64,000 nucleotides of DNA from Phycisphaerae bacterium (lineage in GTDB: Bacteria > Planctomycetota > Phycisphaerae > SM23-33). Shown piece after piece: positions 59,178 to 64,000 of the stretch; the stretch's first letter is position 1, and each line of letters opens with the position of its first letter. Below the pieces are notes generated by a model, which was given only the letters and a program-made list of their open reading frames with translations, did no database searches and was not told the DNA's origin. The DNA lies in the NCBI GenBank assembly GCA_030745875.1, contig JASLNT010000083.1, forward strand, positions 3,501 to 67,500, written 5' to 3'. A program made the position numbers and the translations under genes.

Positions 59178-60741
59178 CGCAGCAGCTCATGATCTCGAAG
59201 TCGCAGAAGATCTTGCCCACCATCCGTCGCAGCAGCGCCTTGAGGTCTGAGTTGGTCAGAGAGTCGAGGCACTCGATGGCGGTCGTTTTGTATTGCTCGA
59301 GCAGGTCGGTTGCGGCCTGCAGGGGGGGCGTTTTGGCGGCGTCGGCCAGGGCATTGAGGATATTTGGGCACAAGTGCTCGTCCCGCGAATCGTCCGATGC
59401 CGTTAGATGATCGTCGATATCGTCGTGTATCTGATAGGCTATGCCCAACGCGCGGCTGAACTGGTGCAGTACGCCAGTGAGTTTGTCGTCCCCGCCGGCG
59501 CATATCGCGCCGATCTGGAGCGCTACGTCGAACGCCGGAGCCGTCTTTTGGGCGAATATCTCGATCACCTGCTCGGGCGTGAGTGTTATCGGATCGCGCG
59601 CCCAAACCAGTTCGGCGCCTTGACCGAGGCAGAGCGTTCTGTGACCCGCCGACGCCACCTGCATCATTCGTACTCGCTGACTGTCCGAAACGTCGGCTTC
59701 GGACAACAGGCGGTATCCCTCGCCGATCAGCAGGTCGCCTGCGTTGATCGCGATCTCCACACCGTGTTCTTCGTGGACGGTGGGGCGGCCGTAGCGGGTG
59801 GAGTCGTGGTCTTCAATATCGTCGTGGATCAGCGAAGCCTTGTGGAAACATTCGACTGCAACGCCCGACCAAGCCAATCCCTCGGGCAAATCACCAAGCG
59901 CGGCGCCCGTAATTGCCTGGTAAACTCCCGCAGCCAGGAAAGGTCTCCATCGCTTGCCGGAACCGGCCAGCCAGTTGTGGGCGATCTGTTCTGTGCGGTC
60001 GGTGGGGGCTCCCATCCGTGTTGAAAGCGCCTCGATGGTGAACCAGGAGTCAACTGTGTCCCGCAGTGATTGCAGGTCCTGTCGCGCCGATTCGCTTTCA
60101 CTCGAGCAGGTAATCGCCTCGTGGACCCAGGCGGTGTCAACTGTCGTGTCGCAGCAGCCGTCACCCAGTAGCGGAATCGCCAAGCCCGGTACGGCGCCGG
60201 ATTCCATGTAGGGGAAGACCTTCTCGAGCATAGACATGCAACTGACGCCAATGATCGCCTGGACCTGCCCGGATTCTATCAGGCTCATAACCACCGGCGA
60301 GCCCTCCGCCACCAGCATTGCATATCCGAGTTCTTCGGCCTCGTTCTGGAGTTCGGCGATATCGCATCGTCCGCAGCGGCTGCAGACCAGACCGATATCA
60401 TCAAGGTGACCTTCACAATCGTCAGAATGTCGCAGGCATTGCGGCAGCAGGAGTAGTCGGCGGTCGAAGGGTATGGATGCTACGGTGCTTCGCCATGTTG
60501 CGTTATGGATAAGGATCGCCAGGAAGTCGCGGTACTCGTCTTCCTGCTGCGTTTTTGCAAGCAGTTCATCGGCGCAACTGCGGAGTTGGTCGAGCGACAG
60601 GGGTGCGGTGAGTTTTCGCTCGACAGCAAAATCATCAGCCGCCTGTCGCAAAACATTGCGCACAGCCTTCCGCAAAGGGACAGCGCGACCCACATCGCCC
60701 GGGCCGCTACTCTGCATCGATCTGTCAGCCGAATCATGCAT
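59119..60741 (-). CDS. DUF116-like Cys-rich domain fused to a trans-polyprenyl diphosphate synthase
   Basis: LLLPQCLR..C..CSRCGRC..GVSC..GCCDT, then GKRWRP, SLIHDDIED..RYG (FARM), GQ..E, KT and YQIHDDIDD (SARM). Confidence 0.85.
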   Translation of the reverse strand: MHDSADRSMQSSGPGDVGRAVPLRKAVRNVLRQAADDFAVERKLTAPLSLDQLRSCADELLAKTQQEDEYRDFLAILIHNATWRSTVASIPFDRRLLLLPQCLRHSDDCEGHLDDIGLVCSRCGRCDIAELQNEAEELGYAMLVAEGSPVVMSLIESGQVQAIIGVSCMSMLEKVFPYMESGAVPGLAIPLLGDGCCDTTVDTAWVHEAITCSSESESARQDLQSLRDTVDSWFTIEALSTRMGAPTDRTEQIAHNWLAGSGKRWRPFLAAGVYQAITGAALGDLPEGLAWSGVAVECFHKASLIHDDIEDHDSTRYGRPTVHEEHGVEIAINAGDLLIGEGYRLLSEADVSDSQRVRMMQVASAGHRTLCLGQGAELVWARDPITLTPEQVIEIFAQKTAPAFDVALQIGAICAGGDDKLTGVLHQFSRALGIAYQIHDDIDDHLTASDDSRDEHLCPNILNALADAAKTPPLQAATDLLEQYKTTAIECLDSLTNSDLKALLRRMVGKIFCDFEIMSCCDDDPSRNADSRKTLGESAG

Positions 60742-60754
60742 GGGTAATACAAAT

Positions 60755-60784
60755 TATAATACTATAAGCTCTGCAAAGCCAAGC
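60755..60784 (-). promoter_or_regulatory. Possible internal sigma70 promoter ahead of the prenyl synthase
   Basis: AT-rich spacer; on the minus strand TTGGCT-N18-TATAAT just upstream of ATG 60741. Confidence 0.3.
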
Positions 60785-60855
60785 AAATCCTGGATCTCAT
60801 TGGTTATCTGGGGCGTGGGTTCGCCAGCGATTGCCAGTTGTCGCCGCATCCAGAG

Positions 60856-61845
60856 TCAACGCAATGCCGACTCGGGAATTTCCCAAGCCGCCAGCCCGAC
60901 CCCGCCCAGATTTCGCAGGGGGAGTTCAAGGCGATAGGGACCAGCCGACGCATCCGGCAGTTCAAAGATAAGTATATCTCGGATTGTCTTTCCAGGCCCC
61001 AACGGCGCCGATAGGGCGACGCCTCCAGAAGGATGCGTGTCCGGTCCGAAGTCCACGCGATTGTAGAAAATGTCGTTCGCATCGCTTAGCGAGGCGAACG
61101 TGCGCTCCCTCGATGACGCGTCACCGCGGAGCGTGATGTAGGTGATCTGTCGATATTGGTCGGGGCGAGTCGAAGTGTTCGACGCCTCGATGGAGATCAT
61201 GAGGAACTTGTCCTGGCTTCGCTTGTTGCCAGTGACGCTGCTGAGCGGTACGTAATCGATCTTCACGGCGAGCACCTTCAGGGAACGGTCGTCCCATTGG
61301 CGTCCGACGCCGATCGGCAGAACAGCGGCGGGCGGGGCGACCGGCGCCGGTCTTGTTGCGGGGGCGGGGGCCGGTCGTGCGGGCTCTGCGGGAGGTTCCG
61401 GAGTCGCGTCCGTGCGATCGCCCGAGAACAGCGAGAAGTATATCGCCACCCCGCAAATCGCGACGCCCAGGAACGGAAGTTCTACATTCTTCTTCCAACT
61501 GCGTCGTGATGCGACGCGGGACATGGCGGCTGAGGCGATACCGATCACACCGATCAGGACGGTCGGCAGGTAAGGGATCGGATACCACAATGTCAGGCAC
61601 GCGATGACGCCTATGACGATCCCCGCGACTCCAAATATCTTCGCTGGGCTTATTCGCATTTCGGTGATATTCATCACTGGTTTGAACGTTTCAGATTGTC
61701 CGGCTTGCTGCTGGGTGACCGCCTGCGGGCGGGAGCGAGGGACGACGGTGAGCGTCCCGCAATTGGGGCACCTGTCGTGCTTGCCGATCATGTCCTCGGG
61801 CGAAGTCATCGTACCCTGGCATCTTGGACAAGTGTAAGAGATCAC
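60856..61845 (-). CDS. Hypothetical membrane protein: N-terminal Zn-ribbon, 3 TM helices, Pro-rich linker, DUF4352-like Ig domain
   Basis: CPRC..CPNC, hydrophobic helices and L.PG......L.FELP; GTGA overlap with the radical SAM stop. Confidence 0.68.
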   Translation of the reverse strand: MISYTCPRCQGTMTSPEDMIGKHDRCPNCGTLTVVPRSRPQAVTQQQAGQSETFKPVMNITEMRISPAKIFGVAGIVIGVIACLTLWYPIPYLPTVLIGVIGIASAAMSRVASRRSWKKNVELPFLGVAICGVAIYFSLFSGDRTDATPEPPAEPARPAPAPATRPAPVAPPAAVLPIGVGRQWDDRSLKVLAVKIDYVPLSSVTGNKRSQDKFLMISIEASNTSTRPDQYRQITYITLRGDASSRERTFASLSDANDIFYNRVDFGPDTHPSGGVALSAPLGPGKTIRDILIFELPDASAGPYRLELPLRNLGGVGLAAWEIPESALR

Positions 61846-63389
61846 TTACCGGCCTCCCCGTTTCGTGCGGCGATCTGTTTTGCGATGCGGCGGAAGTTCT
61901 TCCGCCAGGCTCTCACTTCGGTCTTGCCGAGCAACTGGAGCAGTGCTCGCTTGAACCAACTTACCCCGCCGGCCCGTTGGTTGTCCCAGAAAAGATCCGG
62001 GACTCGCTTGAAGTTGTTTTCGTAGCAGACGGTGTATAGTTCGAGGTGATCGGCGGTCATGGCCGATACGGAAAACGCTTCGTTCGAGGCGGTCTGGGGT
62101 TCGTAGAATATCGGGAATATCACCACGTTCTTGGCCACCAGATCCTTAACGAGTTGCAGAGTGTCTGCTACGTCGTCGGGTGTTTCGCCCGGCAGGCCCA
62201 GAACTACGCTGAATACCGGATAGAAACCCGTGCGGATCATCTTGTCGGCGGCTTTGCGGACCATGTCGCCCCAGTCGCCAGGGTCGTACGGCGCCATCTT
62301 GCCCGACCCGTTTGCCGCCACCAGATTCCCATTGGCGGACTCGACGCCCATATTCACCCAGAGGTATTCCGAGGGGCGCGACCAGGTCAGAAGACGGCGG
62401 ATTTCGCGGAGTTGATCGTCTTCGTACTGCAGCACCGACGAGATGTTGCCATGGTCGATCTGCATGAAACCCAGGCCATCGATCCGCCGCATTTCCTCCA
62501 GCAGGCTGCGAAGGGCTTCGAAGTTCACCTTCCCGCTGACGGCGCCGTATCGGAAGAAATCCTCGCTGCCGCTGACTACGGACGTAAAACCGGCCGACAC
62601 ATTTGTCTGCAGGTCGGCCAGAATTGTCTCGTGAGGCAGGTGATCCATCTTGACCTTGCCCATCGTGCAGAATCCGCATCCGTTTCCACAGCCGCGCGAC
62701 AGTTCGACAATACCCAGCATGGATGCTCCGGTGATGGGGCGGATCCGGTTGGCGGATGTGCCTTCGGCGACGACATGCGGCTCAACGGTGCGGCCGTCTA
62801 CGATGTCGCGAACCATCTGCGGTCCAATCTGCTCGAAGTAGCCCTCGAAGACGACGTCAATGCCCTGCGATTTGACCGCTTCTTCGTTGCGAGCCCACTG
62901 CCAGGCTCCGGCGCCTCCGGCGACTACGGTAAAGTCGTATTTTGCTTTGGCGGCTTTTACGGCGTGCATCATCCGCCTGGTCCATCGGGCCGTGTACAGT
63001 TCACCGCTCCAGAACGCTGTCGTGGTGGTGTTGCTCATTCCCTGTCCGAGCGGATCTGACGAACTGACGCCGACGACCTTCGTCCACGGGCCCAGCAGTC
63101 CTCCGAGGGCTTCCGGAGTCGTGCAGACAACGTCATCGGGTCCCAGGTCGGTCTGGTCGAGAATGGCGGCCTGGACGCGCCGGAGCCCCAGCGGGGCGGC
63201 CAGTGCGCGACCCGCCGGGTCGACGGACATCTTCGGCGACAGGAGATGCCGCATAGCGATTTGCGGCGCCTTGGAGGTCTGCATCGTCGCGAAAATGCCC
63301 TCGAACAGCACTTTGTACCTTGCGCTGAGTGTGCGGTCGGCCACCAGGACAACGGCGGGACGGCGAGGATTGGAGGAGTCAGTCTGCAT
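61842..63389 (-). CDS. Radical SAM protein with an N-terminal B12-binding-like domain, resembling the archaeal GDGT ring synthase (Grs) family
   Basis: SRGCGNGCGFC (CxxxCxxC), GGAGAWQ, GVES and GLPGET motifs; ATG 63389 with GAGGA RBS overlapping the upstream gene. Confidence 0.8.
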   Translation of the reverse strand: MQTDSSNPRRPAVVLVADRTLSARYKVLFEGIFATMQTSKAPQIAMRHLLSPKMSVDPAGRALAAPLGLRRVQAAILDQTDLGPDDVVCTTPEALGGLLGPWTKVVGVSSSDPLGQGMSNTTTTAFWSGELYTARWTRRMMHAVKAAKAKYDFTVVAGGAGAWQWARNEEAVKSQGIDVVFEGYFEQIGPQMVRDIVDGRTVEPHVVAEGTSANRIRPITGASMLGIVELSRGCGNGCGFCTMGKVKMDHLPHETILADLQTNVSAGFTSVVSGSEDFFRYGAVSGKVNFEALRSLLEEMRRIDGLGFMQIDHGNISSVLQYEDDQLREIRRLLTWSRPSEYLWVNMGVESANGNLVAANGSGKMAPYDPGDWGDMVRKAADKMIRTGFYPVFSVVLGLPGETPDDVADTLQLVKDLVAKNVVIFPIFYEPQTASNEAFSVSAMTADHLELYTVCYENNFKRVPDLFWDNQRAGGVSWFKRALLQLLGKTEVRAWRKNFRRIAKQIAARNGEAGK

Positions 63390-63999
63390 CTGTGTTGGAT
63401 TCCTCGTCATTGTTTTCGCTCTGGGTGTTGCACGAGCATCCGGGCGCTTGGCATTGCGAAGCGCGGTCGCAAATCTTGCGAAGTTCATCGGGCGACATCG
63501 CCGCGAGCACTTCAGGCGGGACTCCCAGGCGGTCGGCCGGATCAACCGGTGGGGGCGTCGCGTCGTCATCTCGTGTGGGCGAGAATCGTTGACCGGCGGA
63601 CCGCTTGCGAAGGCGGTCGTAGACATCGCCCCGCTTGAGGGCGTCGAGGTCAACGGCTGGACCATTGGAATCCTCGGGCACATCATCGCCGTCGATCGGG
63701 GCCTGATCGTATTTTGGGAAGATAATTGCGGATTTCGGGCAGATTCTGGCGCAGGCGGGACATAGATTCTTGCACGCGGCGGGTTTGGATACGATGGCCT
63801 TCTTGTCGGGCGAGAGCGTGAACGTTCCGAACAGGCAGAAGTTCAGACACTGGAGACAATCAACGCATCTGTCGCGATCGATTACCGGGAACCATGGCGG
63901 CCAATCGGTGTCGTGGACGACTGTGTCGATCTGGTTTTCGGCGCCGTCCGGGGCGGGCTCCGCGTTTAGGGCGGCGAGGATGTCCTGTGCGTTTAGGCG
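63379..63999 (-). CDS. Ferredoxin-domain protein, 2x[4Fe-4S] (5'-truncated by the window edge)
   Basis: Manual translation upstream of the listed ORF gives WFPVIDRDRCVDCLQCLNFCLFG...CKNLCPACARICPKSAIIFPKY; the frame is open to the window end. Confidence 0.82.
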   Translation of the reverse strand, partial: RLNAQDILAALNAEPAPDGAENQIDTVVHDTDWPPWFPVIDRDRCVDCLQCLNFCLFGTFTLSPDKKAIVSKPAACKNLCPACARICPKSAIIFPKYDQAPIDGDDVPEDSNGPAVDLDALKRGDVYDRLRKRSAGQRFSPTRDDDATPPPVDPADRLGVPPEVLAAMSPDELRKICDRASQCQAPGCSCNTQSENNDEESNTDAD

Positions 64000-64000
64000 G

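Noticed and set aside
63390-63686. N-terminal extension of the radical SAM ORF
   Set aside because: It overlaps the ferredoxin gene in another frame; the ATG at 63389 has a GAGGA RBS.
1-64000. Numerous long alternative-frame and antisense ORFs (e.g. 3231-4523, 4910-6061, 21450-22541, 31610-32593, 35051-36046, 62046-63059)
   Set aside because: They are shadows of well-supported genes in GC-rich DNA and show no motifs or independent RBS.
1-64000. CRISPR arrays, IS elements, integrases, prophage genes, rRNA/tRNA, selenocysteine read-through
   Set aside because: No regularly spaced repeats, transposase or phage ORFs, structural RNA genes or TGA-split redox genes were found by eye.
63960-64000. 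Short direct repeat gcgtttagg
   Set aside because: Only two copies, inside coding sequence (LNA...LNA); consistent with chance.

Overview
GC-rich bacterial chromosomal window, most likely a planctomycete (Phycisphaerae-like). This is inferred from the PEP-CTERM protein with a dockerin-like tail, the Tat-exported sulfatases and Gfo/Idh/MocA proteins, and the many PQQ-like beta-propellers. Left part: the 3' end of a giant PEP-CTERM surface protein, a highly structured intergenic RNA candidate plus terminator, rpsP-trmD-rplS-yraN-tatD, and sulfatase/oxidoreductase genes. A long minus-strand housekeeping run follows (tdh-kbl-GNAT-mlaFD-MMPL-PPIase-rnfC/rnfD-like-queE-queD-znuACB), then pgl. The right ~30 kb (33.6-64 kb, minus strand, continuing past the window edge) holds the main candidate novel system. 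It has an isoprenoid core: ferredoxin, a radical SAM enzyme resembling archaeal GDGT ring synthases, a DUF116-polyprenyl synthase fusion, a solo prenyltransferase barrel, a DXDD squalene-hopene-cyclase-like enzyme and a URO-D/methyltransferase-like protein. Co-oriented with it is a translationally coupled export/redox operon: PQQ-like and NHL propellers, a LolCDE-like ABC exporter, twin-arginine Fe-S proteins, a NapH-like membrane Fe-S protein, and a HydBC/NuoEF-type flavoprotein with no hydrogenase or FDH catalytic partner. No rRNA, tRNA, CRISPR or mobile element was seen. All calls come from reading motifs by eye; no database searches were run.
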